Shown here piece by piece: positions 28,129 through 38,682 of a stretch of DNA of 64,000 nucleotides (position 1 is the first letter of the stretch; every line of letters begins with the position of its first letter). The DNA comes from an uncultured bacterium (lineage in GTDB: Bacteria > Patescibacteriota > Minisyncoccia > UBA6257 > 2-01-FULL-56-20), in contig CAWJQC010000009.1 in NCBI GenBank assembly GCA_963844965.1, forward strand, positions 62,037 to 126,036. Direction: 5' to 3'. Both the position numbers and the translations under genes were made by a program. The notes below the pieces were generated by a model. That model saw only the letters and a program-made list of their open reading frames with translations. It ran no database searches and was not told the DNA's origin.

Positions 28129-28265
28129 TGCGGGTTTATGCACAACCCCTTTTTGGCTGTTTTTTCCAGTAACTCCCACTTTTCCGCGGATTTTTCCGGA
28201 GTAGTAGAAACTCGACAGGCTGGCGCTGGAAGAAAAAGTCGAGTTTCACCACCCCGCATAGCACC

Positions 28266-29006
28266 CTAGCGCACCCTTACCGCACCTTTGCGCAAAATTT
28301 TCAGATGCCCGTCATTAATCGCCACGAGCGTTGAGGGTTCGGAAACGCACCGGCCGGTGTCAATATAAAAATCCACCTTGTCTCCGAAATAGCGCCGTGC
28401 TTCGCGAACCGTCCGCGCCGGCTTCTCACCTTCCCAATTGGCACTCGGAGCCACAAGTGGCCCGACATTAACCAATAGTCGTCTTAGCCAATAGGGCTTA
28501 GGCAGACGGAATGCCAGAGTTTTAGTCCCGCGATGAAGGTATTTAAATTTTTTAATTTTTAATTTTGAATTTCCAATTTTCAATATCACGCTTACCTTGT
28601 TGGGCCAAACCCGATTCAAAATTTTCCTCTCTTTAGCTCCGATTTTCACGCCGAATTTTTTTGGGTCGGCCAGCGAAGCGATAAGAACGATCATCGGCTT
28701 CCGCGGATTCCGCCGCCTCAACTTGTAAATCCTTTCAACCGTTTTCTTGTTCAAGGCCGAGCCGACGATGCCATAAATGGTGTCGGTAGGCAAAATTCCC
28801 ACGCCGCCGGCAAGCAGTATATCTTTTGTTTTTTTATCTTTATCTAATGAACGGCTGATCTTGGGCATATTAGCTCTTGACCCGCAAAATTGCGGTTTGC
28901 TTGAAATTATCGTACAATACAAAGATGCAAAACACAAAACAAACGATAACCATTGCGGTCGTTTTGATAGTGGTCGTCGCGGTTCTCTGGTGGGTGTTCG
29001 GGACAC
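28266..29006 (-). CDS. tsaC: L-threonylcarbamoyladenylate synthase (Sua5/YrdC/TsaC family)
   Basis: LLAGGVGILPTDTIYGIVGSAL is the YrdC signature. The real start is probably the internal MPKISRS. Confidence 0.8.
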   Translation of the reverse strand: MSRTPTREPRRPLSKRPQWLSFVLCFASLYCTIISSKPQFCGSRANMPKISRSLDKDKKTKDILLAGGVGILPTDTIYGIVGSALNKKTVERIYKLRRRNPRKPMIVLIASLADPKKFGVKIGAKERKILNRVWPNKVSVILKIGNSKLKIKKFKYLHRGTKTLAFRLPKPYWLRRLLVNVGPLVAPSANWEGEKPARTVREARRYFGDKVDFYIDTGRCVSEPSTLVAINDGHLKILRKGAVRVR

Positions 29007-29752
29007 AGAACGGTGCCCAAAATACAGCCGCTCCGCCCGGAAACGGCTTGCCTACAGCCGGCGTTACCGTGGAAAGCTCGTCTACCGCCTCTTCTACGTC
29101 GCCGTCAGTACCAACGACGGCGACCCAACCGAAATCCCCGACTACAGCCGCACAACCCAAATCGTCAGCGTCAATTGCCATAATTCATCCCGCCTCCGGA
29201 GAAAAATTCGTCGTAGGCCAGAATAATCTCATCCAATGGAGCAAAGAGGGCGGGGTCAGCGGCAGTATCTACCTTGTGAACAGCGCCGACAAATCAACCG
29301 TTGGCTGGATAAATTCCGAAATTGCCGTACACCAGACATCGTATACTTGGGACACACGCGACGTTTTTTTGAGCCGTTCCAATCCGTCCAAGAAAGATAT
29401 CGTCCCGGGCACATATATAATAAAACTTCAGTTTGATTCCGCTCGTCTCGCCACGGTATCGAGCGCGCCCTTCCAGATAATTTATCCGAGCCAAGTGCAA
29501 ACGCCGTCTTACGCAATCAGCATCAAAAACTTCACATTTTCGCCGGACAATATCACCGTAACCAAGGGAACGCTCCTCGTTTTCACGAACAACGACGCGG
29601 TTACCCACCGGATAATTCTGCAAGGATTCAGTCCCTTCACCGTCACGCCCGGCGCAACTTTAACCTTTGACACCTCGGTTCTCGCGCCGAGCCCCTACAG
29701 TTTTTACTCCGACGTTTACTCCACGATGCGGCTCACGGTTACGGTGCAGTAA
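28877..29752 (+). CDS. membrane-anchored Ser/Thr/Pro-rich protein with C-terminal cupredoxin-like fold (no Cys ligand)
   Basis: The likely start is MQNTKQTITIAVVLIVVVAVLWW. The C-terminus ISIKNFTFSPDNITVTKGTLLVFTNNDAVTHRI resembles a plastocyanin-like domain. Confidence 0.45.
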   Translation: MTRKIAVCLKLSYNTKMQNTKQTITIAVVLIVVVAVLWWVFGTQNGAQNTAAPPGNGLPTAGVTVESSSTASSTSPSVPTTATQPKSPTTAAQPKSSASIAIIHPASGEKFVVGQNNLIQWSKEGGVSGSIYLVNSADKSTVGWINSEIAVHQTSYTWDTRDVFLSRSNPSKKDIVPGTYIIKLQFDSARLATVSSAPFQIIYPSQVQTPSYAISIKNFTFSPDNITVTKGTLLVFTNNDAVTHRIILQGFSPFTVTPGATLTFDTSVLAPSPYSFYSDVYSTMRLTVTVQ

Positions 29753-29767
29753 ATTATTTTCGTAAAA

Positions 29768-30370
29768 GTGAAATTACTGAAGAGGGTTGATTCGCTGGAA
29801 GTCAAACGCTGTTTTGTCGTATCGCAATACGGAAGGGGCAGGAAAGATAAAAGGGACATACCGACGTTCACCAAGCGAGCGTTCGCAAGAAGACTGAGTC
29901 GGGCGAAAAATTGGGCCAAAAAACTTTCCCAAAAACAACTGGATCGCATCATCGCCTCCGATTGGAAGCGCCGCCTCCGCGCTTACGATAGCGCCAGCTG
30001 GTGGCTAGGACAAGTAAATATAAACGAAGTCGGAGTATGGAGACGTGCCGGCGGCCTGCCGCTCTCCTGGACTAATTGCTCGCTTCAAGAAACGGCGAAA
30101 AAAGTCGCGAAAGCCCTTCCGGCTGGAGGCCGCTCAAGCGCCTTAAAAACGATACCAAAAATTTTGAAAACCTCAATTGGCTTCGTGCAAAAAGAAAAAT
30201 TACTGTTTCCGATCGTTTTTCAGGGTGGCACTGGCACGCGAGGCAGAAAGGGGTTGAAAAAAATGCGCGGCGACATTGATAACGGCTGCATGAGGGCTAT
30301 CGCGCTCGCTATGACGGGCAAAAAATCTTTTAAGGCGTATATCGGTGTCAAGCTTCAACCTCACAACTAA
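29768..30370 (+). CDS. hypothetical basic protein
   Basis: 200-aa ORF with no motif recognised. Confidence 0.35.
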   Translation: MKLLKRVDSLEVKRCFVVSQYGRGRKDKRDIPTFTKRAFARRLSRAKNWAKKLSQKQLDRIIASDWKRRLRAYDSASWWLGQVNINEVGVWRRAGGLPLSWTNCSLQETAKKVAKALPAGGRSSALKTIPKILKTSIGFVQKEKLLFPIVFQGGTGTRGRKGLKKMRGDIDNGCMRAIALAMTGKKSFKAYIGVKLQPHN

Positions 30371-31665
30371 AATCTGTCCCCGATAAACGCTCTGCCGCGC
30401 AGTTTTTTGTGATAGCTTATCGCAAAGCGGTGGGCTTCGTTCCTGACTCTTACGAGCGTGTTTTTGCTTACGCCGCGCGGGATTTCGCCGATTATGTCGT
30501 TGCGCTTGCGCTCTGGGCCCTTGGCGATGCCAACTATAGGAATTTTCAGTCCGAATTCCGCGAGCACGCTCTTCGCGGCGTTCACCTGTCCCCTGCCGCC
30601 GTCAATTAAAATCAAGGCGGGCAATGGCCAATTATTATGGAAGCGCCGGCGCAAAATTTCTTTGAGCATGCCAACATCGTCGGATTGAGTTATGGTTCTG
30701 ATTCTGAATTTACGGTATTCGTTACTGTCGGGTTCATTTCTGCTGAACACAACCATAGAGCCGACGGCCGAAGTGCCGGAGATATTGGAGATGTCATAAC
30801 CCTCGACTCTCGTGGGTGGTAGGTGGCGAGTAGTAGGTAGTAGGTCGGAATCAGAGATCAGGGCAACGTCGCGGATGTGCTGCAACGCGAAAATCTGGCG
30901 ACGGAATTTTTCGGCTTTTTCAAATTCAAGGTTTTTGCTTGCGGCGGTCATCTCTTTTTCCAGATTCCGCAGAATCTGTTTTTTCTTGCCCCCGAACAAC
31001 AATTTGAGATTTCTGATGTTTTTCATATAATCCCCGCGGCTTATCGCGCCGATGCACGTGCCAGGGCAAAGCCCCAGTTCGTATTCAAAACATGGACGCC
31101 TGCGGCTCAACCAACCCGAAGCAACAAATTTATCCGAATGCTCCGAATTTTTATTTGTAGATTCGGATGTAATCCGTAGTTTCGGATCGCACGCATCGGC
31201 ATGAGTGCTCCACGGAAAAATCCGCCGCAGGATTCGTAACGCCTCGCGGATGCTTGACGCCGAAGTAAACGGACCATACTGCTTCGCCGCTGACTTACGC
31301 GGACTAGACGCAGACTTAACTTCTCGTCCACGGACGAGCAGCACACGCGGGAATTTTTCTTTTGTAATTTCCACGTACAAAAAACTTTTATCATCCCGTT
31401 CGCGCACATTGAAGGGCGGCGAGTATTTTCTTATAAGCTCCGCCTCCAAAATCAACGCTTCAAGCGCCGTATCGGTTTTTCTATGGTCAATTTTTTTGAT
31501 TTTTCCGACCAATGTTTCAATGCGCGTGTCGTGCGCCCGCATGAAATAACTTGAAACCCGCCGGCGCAAATTTCCAGCCTTGCCGACATAGAGAATATGG
31601 CCGCCTCCGTCCCTGAACAAATAAACGCCCGGCTCGTCGGGCAGGTTTTTATACGAATTATCCAT
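30367..31665 (-). CDS. uvrC: excinuclease ABC subunit C (UvrC), short form lacking C-terminal HhH pair
   Basis: GIY-YIG N-terminus GVYLFRDGGGHILYVGKAGNLRRRVSSYF, then the UvrC homology region and the endonuclease region ...NEAHRFAISYH. Confidence 0.85.
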   Translation of the reverse strand: MDNSYKNLPDEPGVYLFRDGGGHILYVGKAGNLRRRVSSYFMRAHDTRIETLVGKIKKIDHRKTDTALEALILEAELIRKYSPPFNVRERDDKSFLYVEITKEKFPRVLLVRGREVKSASSPRKSAAKQYGPFTSASSIREALRILRRIFPWSTHADACDPKLRITSESTNKNSEHSDKFVASGWLSRRRPCFEYELGLCPGTCIGAISRGDYMKNIRNLKLLFGGKKKQILRNLEKEMTAASKNLEFEKAEKFRRQIFALQHIRDVALISDSDLLPTTRHLPPTRVEGYDISNISGTSAVGSMVVFSRNEPDSNEYRKFRIRTITQSDDVGMLKEILRRRFHNNWPLPALILIDGGRGQVNAAKSVLAEFGLKIPIVGIAKGPERKRNDIIGEIPRGVSKNTLVRVRNEAHRFAISYHKKLRGRAFIGDRF

Positions 31666-31674
31666 TAATTTATT

Positions 31675-32733
31675 TTAATCCTCTTTCTCGCTGTGAAACA
31701 GGAAATCCAGAAACTTTTCGCCAAACGTCTTGGGAAGTTCAGGGTAACCGGTCGCCCTCCTTATCTCGCGCAGATGCAGTCTTGTCTCTTCGGCCCCGAT
31801 GCCGATGATCTCCCGCGCGCTGCCGAAGCTGAAGGTGCCAAAACCAAAGATCTGCGGCTTAATGACCACGTCCGCCTGCTTCAGTATGTTCTTGGCGAGC
31901 TGATACTCAACGATGCCCAGCGAGCTTGAGATAGCGGCATACATGCTTTTTGTATCTATCGCCTCGTCCGGCGAATCAGCCCATCGCGAAGAAACGTCAA
32001 CGGCTATAACATATTCAGCACCCATTTCCCTCACAATGTCCGCCGGCACCGGATTCACGAGGCCGCCATCCATCAGTAATTTGCCGCCGGCTTCAACTGG
32101 ACTGAAAATCAACGGCAGGGCGATGCTCGCATCCACGGCATCCATCAACTTACCGCTCTTCAAGATCACCTCATCCCCATTTCTCGCGTCAGTGGCCACG
32201 GCCACGAAAGGAACTTTACAATCCTTAAAACTAAGGTTATGGAATGACGATTTCAGCAAGTGGCTCACGGAATCGCCCTTAAAGAGCGCGCCTTTTTTAT
32301 GCCTCAGCATCTCCGTAACCGGGAAAATCTCGCGTGGCTTGATCTTTAAAAACAAATCTTCCAGAAATTCTATGTCTTCCGTGGCTGCGTACCAGGCGCC
32401 AACGAGCGCGCCCATGCTGGTTCCCGCAATAAAATCAATGGAGATGCCGGCGTTTTTTAAAACCTTAATAACGCCGATGTGCGCCAGACCCTTGGCTCCG
32501 CCGCCGCCGAGAGCGAGCCCCGTAGTGAGCCGAGCACCTCTTTTTTCTTTGCGCACCCGCGACAAGTTCATGATTTTTTTATAGGAATACGCACGACACA
32601 AATTCCAAATAGAACAAAACTGGCCAGTGCTCGGTCTACTACGGGGCGAGACCGATTTTTTTCGTTTTGGGTGCTTTGGCCATGCCGACCGATGTTCAAT
32701 CGCCCAGAAGCACGTATACCGCGCATTTGCCAA
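31675..32733 (-). CDS. patatin-like phospholipase
   Basis: GLALGGGGAKGLAHIGV is the oxyanion motif. AGTSMG is the GxSxG motif. MDGGLVNPVP is the DGG motif. The likely start is the internal MNLSRVRKEK. Confidence 0.8.
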   Translation of the reverse strand: MANARYTCFWAIEHRSAWPKHPKRKKSVSPRSRPSTGQFCSIWNLCRAYSYKKIMNLSRVRKEKRGARLTTGLALGGGGAKGLAHIGVIKVLKNAGISIDFIAGTSMGALVGAWYAATEDIEFLEDLFLKIKPREIFPVTEMLRHKKGALFKGDSVSHLLKSSFHNLSFKDCKVPFVAVATDARNGDEVILKSGKLMDAVDASIALPLIFSPVEAGGKLLMDGGLVNPVPADIVREMGAEYVIAVDVSSRWADSPDEAIDTKSMYAAISSSLGIVEYQLAKNILKQADVVIKPQIFGFGTFSFGSAREIIGIGAEETRLHLREIRRATGYPELPKTFGEKFLDFLFHSEKED

Positions 32734-32977
32734 TCATGGGAAGCACGCCGCCTTCAATCTCCTCATCAACCTTATCCAGGGGAACGCTCACGCTGCCGCC
32801 GGCGGAAAATAAATGGTCGCCCACGATATAAGCAGTCTTATGCCCGTCTCTGTCGTAAATGAAATTTCCCGCAAAGTAGCCGAGTTTTTTGTCGTCGTGG
32901 GCGCGGATGTGGCTTCCATCAATCCAGCCGACTTTTTCCCCGCCCCGCCAGATATCCCTGCCAACTATTTTAAGCAT
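32696..32977 (-). CDS. hypothetical protein with 3 short internal repeats
   Basis: 93 aa. The repeats are KVGWIDGSHIR, KLGYFAGNFIY and KTAYIVGDHLF. Confidence 0.3.
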   Translation of the reverse strand: MLKIVGRDIWRGGEKVGWIDGSHIRAHDDKKLGYFAGNFIYDRDGHKTAYIVGDHLFSAGGSVSVPLDKVDEEIEGGVLPMIGKCAVYVLLGD

Positions 32978-33058
32978 GTCTTTTATGATTATTATAACAA
33001 AATCCTTTTAGAAAACAAGGCCGCGGTAAAATACTCCGCGGCCTGCGCATTTCGCGCG

Positions 33059-33481
33059 CTAAGACGTTTCAAGCCGGTTCTGGTCGTCAACAAGCGCGAG
33101 AAGAACTTTGTTGAGGCTTTTGCTAATGCCACGCTTGTTTTCACTCTCAACAACCCTTTCAATCTCGGCGCGATTTACGAGAACGATCCTCTTTACCCTA
33201 TTCATCAAGAAAAATACAGCAAATGCCATGCCAAATCTGAATCTTGAATCTTCAGAACCGATAACCGGCAAAATGTGGACTTCATCCGACCGGGCTATGT
33301 CGCCCAACTCATTCATGTAATTCTGCAAGCCAACCGGATCGTCCTGTTTCATGTCGCGCGCTGGCCAATAAACCTCATGACCGTCGCGTTCCAATTCATC
33401 AACGTGCTCCCTTGCGGCTGTATGTTCGAGACCTCTATCACAAATCAGAAAGATTTTTTTCTTTCTTTTCTCGTTTTTCAT
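33059..33481 (-). CDS. hypothetical protein, possibly nucleoside 2-deoxyribosyltransferase-like Rossmann fold
   Basis: KIFLICDRG...DGHEVYWPARD...GSEDSRFRFGMA is a weak pattern match. Confidence 0.3.
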   Translation of the reverse strand: MKNEKRKKKIFLICDRGLEHTAAREHVDELERDGHEVYWPARDMKQDDPVGLQNYMNELGDIARSDEVHILPVIGSEDSRFRFGMAFAVFFLMNRVKRIVLVNRAEIERVVESENKRGISKSLNKVLLALVDDQNRLETS

Positions 33482-33605
33482 AAGCTCCCAGCGGTAACTT
33501 TAAAACGGCTGAATATAATATAGGTTACCGCGGGAATTTTTGCAAATAAACAAAAGCGTTTCCCTACGCTATACCAGCACCTTCCTCAAATATTGCCCGG
33601 TAAAT

Positions 33606-33665
33606 CCCCACACCTAACAGCGAGCAGGTTTTACTCTGTTACTCGCCATTAGGTGTGGGGATAAA
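33606..33665. repeat. hairpin repeat family 3, copy 2, immediately 3' of uvrA
   Basis: ccccacacctaacagcgagc...gctcgccattaggtgtggggataaa. Confidence 0.5.
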
Positions 33666-33676
33666 ACTTCCCATCA

Positions 33677-36200
33677 TTAAACCAATACCTTCCTAAGATA
33701 CTGTCCGGTGAAGCTCCCTGCCCTGCGGCTGATTTGCTCCGGCGTGCCTAGGGCGACAATCTTGCCGCCCTTCTCGCCGCCTTCGGGACCGAGATCAACC
33801 ACCCAGTCGGCGCATTTAATAACGTCCAAGTTATGTTCAATCACAACGACCGTGTTGCCGCGGTCAACAAGCTTTTGCAGAACCAAAAGCAGTTTATCCA
33901 CGTCGTCAAAATGTAGGCCGGTCGTCGGCTCGTCCAAAAGATAAAGGGTGCGGCGCGTGTCACGTTTACCGAGCTCCGCCGACAAGTTTCATCCGCTGTG
34001 CCTCGCCGCCGGACAATGTCGTTGCCGACTGGCCAAGCGTCAAGATAGTCCCAAGCCGACCTCTTCCAAAATCAAGAGCTTGTCGTGGAGCCACGGGATA
34101 TCATTGAAGAAATCCACCGCTTCTTCAATCGTCATCTTTAAAATGTCATAAATATTTTTCCCTTTATATTCACACTTCCAGCGTTTCGCGGTCAAACGTT
34201 TTCCCTTGCAAACATCGCAGGTGACGATAGACCGTCGGCAGGAAATGCATTTCAATCGCAATCGTGCCGTGCCCTTCGCAATTTTCACACCGCCCGCCCG
34301 GCACGTTGAAACTGAACCGGCCCGGTTTATATCCGCGGACTCGAGCATCCTCCGTGGCCGCAAAAGATCGCGGATATAAGTCCACGCGCCTACATAAGTC
34401 GCGGGATTTGAACGCGGCGTCCTGCCGATCGGCGACTGGTCAATGTTGATAACACGATTAACATATTCCACGCCCGAGATCGCTTTTATGCCACCCGCTT
34501 TGTAATTGCGCGTGATAAAATTTATCGGCCAGATTTTTATAAAGCACGTCGTATACCAAGCTGATTTACCCGAACCGGAAACGCCGGTGACCGCCGTAAA
34601 ACGCCGGAGCGGGATATCCACGTCAATATTTTTCAGGTTATTCGCGCGTCGCGCCACGAATCTTCAGGAATTCATGCGCTTCGGAGATATTTCCGCTTCG
34701 CGTTTCTGGAACTTCAATGAATTTTTTGCCGCGAAGATATTGCAGCGTGAGCGAATCTTCTTCTTTATCCTTTATGATGTCTGGCAATCGGCCTGTCGGC
34801 TACGATTTTTCCGCCATGAATGCCCGCCCCCGGACCGATATCCACCAAATAATCCGATTCGCTGATTGTTTCCTCGTCGTGCTCAACGACGATGATCGTA
34901 TTCCCCAAATCGCGCAGATTGTGCAGGGTCGCGATCAATTTGGCGTTGTCCCGCTGATGGAGACCGATTGTCGGCTCGTCCAAAATATAGAGCGTGCCTA
35001 CGAGCCGCGAGCCGATCTGCGACGCCAAGCCGAATTCTCTGCGCCTCGCCGCCAGACAGCGTGCCCGCTTTCCTGTCAAGCGTCAGATAATCCAAACCGA
35101 CGTCCATCATGAATTTCAGCCGGCTTTTGATCTCGCGAAGCGGTGCTTCGGCAACGGCCTTCCGCTTTCGCTTTTCAGACTTAAACCTCCGAAAAAATTC
35201 ATAGTGCTTCGTCGATGGAGAAGCGCAGTGACGGAGTTAATATTTTTGTCGTTTACGAGTACGTTCAAGCTTTCTTCCTTGAGCCGCTTGCCTAGGCAGA
35301 CCGGACAGATTTCCTCCGACCAAATATCCTTCGTTCCCAAACCGTGGCAGGCGGGACAAGCGCCGTACGGGCTATTGAACGAAAAAAGTCGCGGCTCAAT
35401 TTCCGGGAAAGAAAAGCCGTCGTGCGGACAGGTGAATTGGGCGGAAAGCGAGACTTCCTTGTCGGTGATAACCGTAACGACGTCGTTGCCGTATTTGAGC
35501 GCCGATTCGATCGCTTCGGCAAGACGCAAACGATTATCCTTATCGCTGAAATCTATTTCCGCCGGCAACCGGTCGACGACAAGCTCAATCGTGTGCTGCT
35601 TATAGCGGCTGAGTTCAATGCGATCGCGCAGTGATTGAAATTTGCCATCTATGCGCACTTCGGAAAAACCGGCGTTCAGAAAATCGTAAAGCATTTGGTA
35701 ATATTCCCCTTTCCTGCCACGCACGACCGGCGCCAAAATCACCAGATTTTTCCCTTCTTTGTCGTTTTTCGCGATATCGATCGCCACATCAACGATTTCC
35801 TCGTTCGTAAGTTTCTTGATTTCCCTGCCGCAGCGCGGGCAGAAAGGTTTGCCGACACGCGCGAAAAGAACACGGAGATAATCATAGATCTCGGTGATGG
35901 TTGCTACCGTGGAGCGTGGATTGGAGGAATGGCTTTTCTGGTCAATGGAAATCGCCGGCGAAAGTCCCTCAATCTCGTCCACGTCAGGTTTGTCCAGACG
36001 TCCCAAAAACTGCCGCGCGTAGGCGGAAAGCGACTCAATGTAGCGCCTTTGTCCTTCGGCGAAAATCGTGTCAAAGGCCAAACTGGACTTGCCGGACCCG
36101 AAAGACCGGTGAAAACTATCATTTTGTCGCGCGGGAGCTCAAGATTAATATTCTTAAGGTTGTGTTCCCGCGCACCTTTTATGATAATTTTGTCATGCAT
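33677..36200 (-). CDS. uvrA: excinuclease ABC subunit A (UvrA), split into at least 5 ORFs by single-nucleotide frameshifts
   Basis: The five ORFs (35904..36200, 35116..36081, 34765..35110, 34040..34657, 33677..33985) together give a colinear UvrA with Walker A, CxxC Zn modules, ABC signature and the second ATPase domain. At Walker A, gggtccgg reads GLSGPAS; adding one t restores [23 protein letters not shown], so this is a homopolymer indel. Confidence 0.85.
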
Positions 36201-36363
36201 AGTAATGTAAATAAGAAAATTGCCCCCGTTCCCAGCTTGCAGGGGGGTCTATAGAGTCAAGTTTAATCTAATCTAATTGACCGAAAAAATCAAATTATCT
36301 ATACTAAGGGCGGCACATTAGCAACAGAAAAGTGGATTACCACCGTGCCAAAGGAGGCAATTT

Positions 36364-36888
36364 ATGGGTAAGAACGAAAAAAACACGGACGGATCTTGCG
36401 GATGGAGTTATCACAGAAAACTGGGTCAAATCGCAAAATTTATGAAAATTCTGGGTGTCCTGCTCCTTCTGACTCTGAGAACTATCCCCGCATGGGCAGC
36501 GCTCGGTCAGTACGAGTCGTCAGTAAGTGTGGACCAGCAGTATCTGCGCAGCGAGGACCGCGTCCAGAACTTCCAGGGTTACAAAATTCACCAGCTAACG
36601 ACTGCGAACGGCACAATAATTCGAGAGTACGTCTCGCCGAAAGGTCTGGTCTTTGGAGTCGCCTGGCAGGCGCCCTTTATGCCCAACATGCAGCAGTTGT
36701 TGGGGTCATACGTTACGAACCTCCAGACAGCCTCGCGAACTCAGACCCAGGTCCGGCACCTCAGGGGACTGATCGTGAAAATGAATGATTTCGTGTTCGT
36801 CAGCGGCGGTCACATGCGGTTTTGGAAGGGAAGCGCCTACGTGCCCAGCCTAGTTCCCAACAACGTCTCCGTGGAGGTGGTGCGATGA
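36364..36888 (+). CDS. secreted hypothetical protein (DUF2844-like, recalled), partner of the downstream lipoprotein
   Basis: The probable start is MKILGVLLLLTLRTIPAWA, a signal peptide. The GC content is visibly higher than the flanks. Its stop overlaps the next ATG as ATGA. Confidence 0.45.
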   Translation: MGKNEKNTDGSCGWSYHRKLGQIAKFMKILGVLLLLTLRTIPAWAALGQYESSVSVDQQYLRSEDRVQNFQGYKIHQLTTANGTIIREYVSPKGLVFGVAWQAPFMPNMQQLLGSYVTNLQTASRTQTQVRHLRGLIVKMNDFVFVSGGHMRFWKGSAYVPSLVPNNVSVEVVR

Positions 36889-38224
36889 CTCTGGTAAATT
36901 GTTCGAAAGCAACATTAGCCTGCTTTCTTGCAGTAGTCACGGGACTGATCCTTTTGGATGGTTGCGGCAACAATAATAGCAACAGCAACATTATCAGTAC
37001 ACCTCCTCCGCCTACGAGTAATACAGCGCCAGTAACGGTCGGCTTTGGGGTCTTGGGACCGTCGGGTGGATATGTGAATGGGATTTGGACGACGGTGACC
37101 ATCTGTGCACCCAGCAGTACCACCAATTGCCAGACGGTCAATGATGTACTCGTGGACACAGGTTCCTTCGGCCTACGCGTTCTCAACTCAGCGCTCACCA
37201 CCGTTCCAGCGAGCTCGCTGGGAACGATTACGAGCAACGGCAGTCAGTTGCAGGAATGTGTCCAGTATGGGGACACAGCCTATACTTGGGGACCTGTGAT
37301 GCTGGCGGATGTTGGGATTGAGGGAGAGAAGGCCTCCTCAATTCCTATTCAGGTCATTGGAGGCAATTCATTCGATGTCCCTGGTGCTTGCACCGCAATC
37401 CCAATTAACCCCGGTCTTCCAAATGCGGGCAACGACGATACCTTAGACGCGCTTGGCGCCAACGGGATCCTGGGTGTCGGCGGTTACGCATGGGACTGCG
37501 GCCCTACTGCGAGAACGTTGTTGCTGGTGACCCCTATTACCTTTGTCCCAGCGGCCAATGCGAGCAAGTCGGGGTTCCACTCCAGTATCAAGTCACAAGC
37601 CCGGTCGCAGCGTTTTCCTCGTCGGATAACAATGGAGTGTTAATCACCCTGACGTCCATTTCGGCGAGCGGAGCTGCCGATGGGACGGTTTCTGGCTCGT
37701 TGATTTTTGGAATCGGAACCCAAACTGACAACGCCCTCGCTGGTAGCGCCACGGTTTATGGGGTCGACGAGTACGGCAACATTCCAGAGATTACCTACAA
37801 CGATTTCCAATACACCCCTCCCAACAACACGAACATCTTAGATACCGGATCGAATGCGATCTATTTTCTGGACGCCAACACCCTGGCCTCGGCTGGAATT
37901 ATCGAGTGCGCGGATGCCCCGGGTTTCTATTGTCCAAACAATACTATTCCGTTCACTACAACCTTTTCGGGCGCGAACGGCACATCGGGGGCGATAACGT
38001 TCAGCATTGCGGATGCGAATATATTGTTCGCAAGCGGCAACGCGGCGTTCAACGACTTGGGAGGCGATGGTGGCACCAGCCCTTCTAATGATAGTTTGGA
38101 CTTCGGATTGCCATTTTTCTTCGGTAAGAGCGTGTACGTCGGAATGATGCCGGGATTGTTCACGGGTGAGAGCGCTGCGCCAAGCGCCGCGACAAGCGCG
38201 ACGTACGGATATTACGCGTTTTAG
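36885..38224 (+). CDS. pepsin-like (A1-type) aspartic peptidase lipoprotein; frameshift near 37500
   Basis: Lipobox LILLDGC. The first catalytic motif is VLVDTGSFGLRV. The flap is ECVQYGDTAY (Tyr-Gly). The second motif is NILDTGSNAIYF, found in ORF 37490..38224. The two ORFs join colinearly. Confidence 0.55.
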
Positions 38225-38328
38225 CACCTGCACCGGAATACCCTACTCGCTTCGGACTGACGGTAGAACAAGAAACTCTACTTTTCCGTTTCCGCCAAAC
38301 CAAGCACGCAGACAACTGCGTGCTTTTT

Positions 38329-38682
38329 CTATTTCAAATACAGCGCAACCAAGCCGAATTTCTTGATTTTTTCGCGGTAGCTGGAATAACCGAAATAAAT
38401 TTTTTCCGCGCCAGAGGTAGATTTAAGTAACGGAAATATTTTCCGATATGGAATGGCGCGGAGCATTGAGGCAATACTTCTGAAGTGTCTCACCCGCTTC
38501 ACGCGCTTCACAATAACCGCCCCGCCGCAGACGATGCGCAGCACATCTCCTGCTTTGATATTTTTATATTTCTCGGTTGCCGCGCGCGTTTCAACGGTTT
38601 TAACGCCATTTTTAATCAAATTAAAATTCGTCTTGTCTTTCGCACGGAAGCGGAGCGTCAAAACTTTCCGTGGCGTGTACAT
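38329..38682 (-). CDS. ASCH-domain protein
   Basis: LTLRFRAKDKTNFNLIKNGVKTVETRA...IKAGDVLRI shows the ASCH / PUA-like pattern. Confidence 0.55.
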   Translation of the reverse strand: MYTPRKVLTLRFRAKDKTNFNLIKNGVKTVETRAATEKYKNIKAGDVLRIVCGGAVIVKRVKRVRHFRSIASMLRAIPYRKIFPLLKSTSGAEKIYFGYSSYREKIKKFGLVALYLK

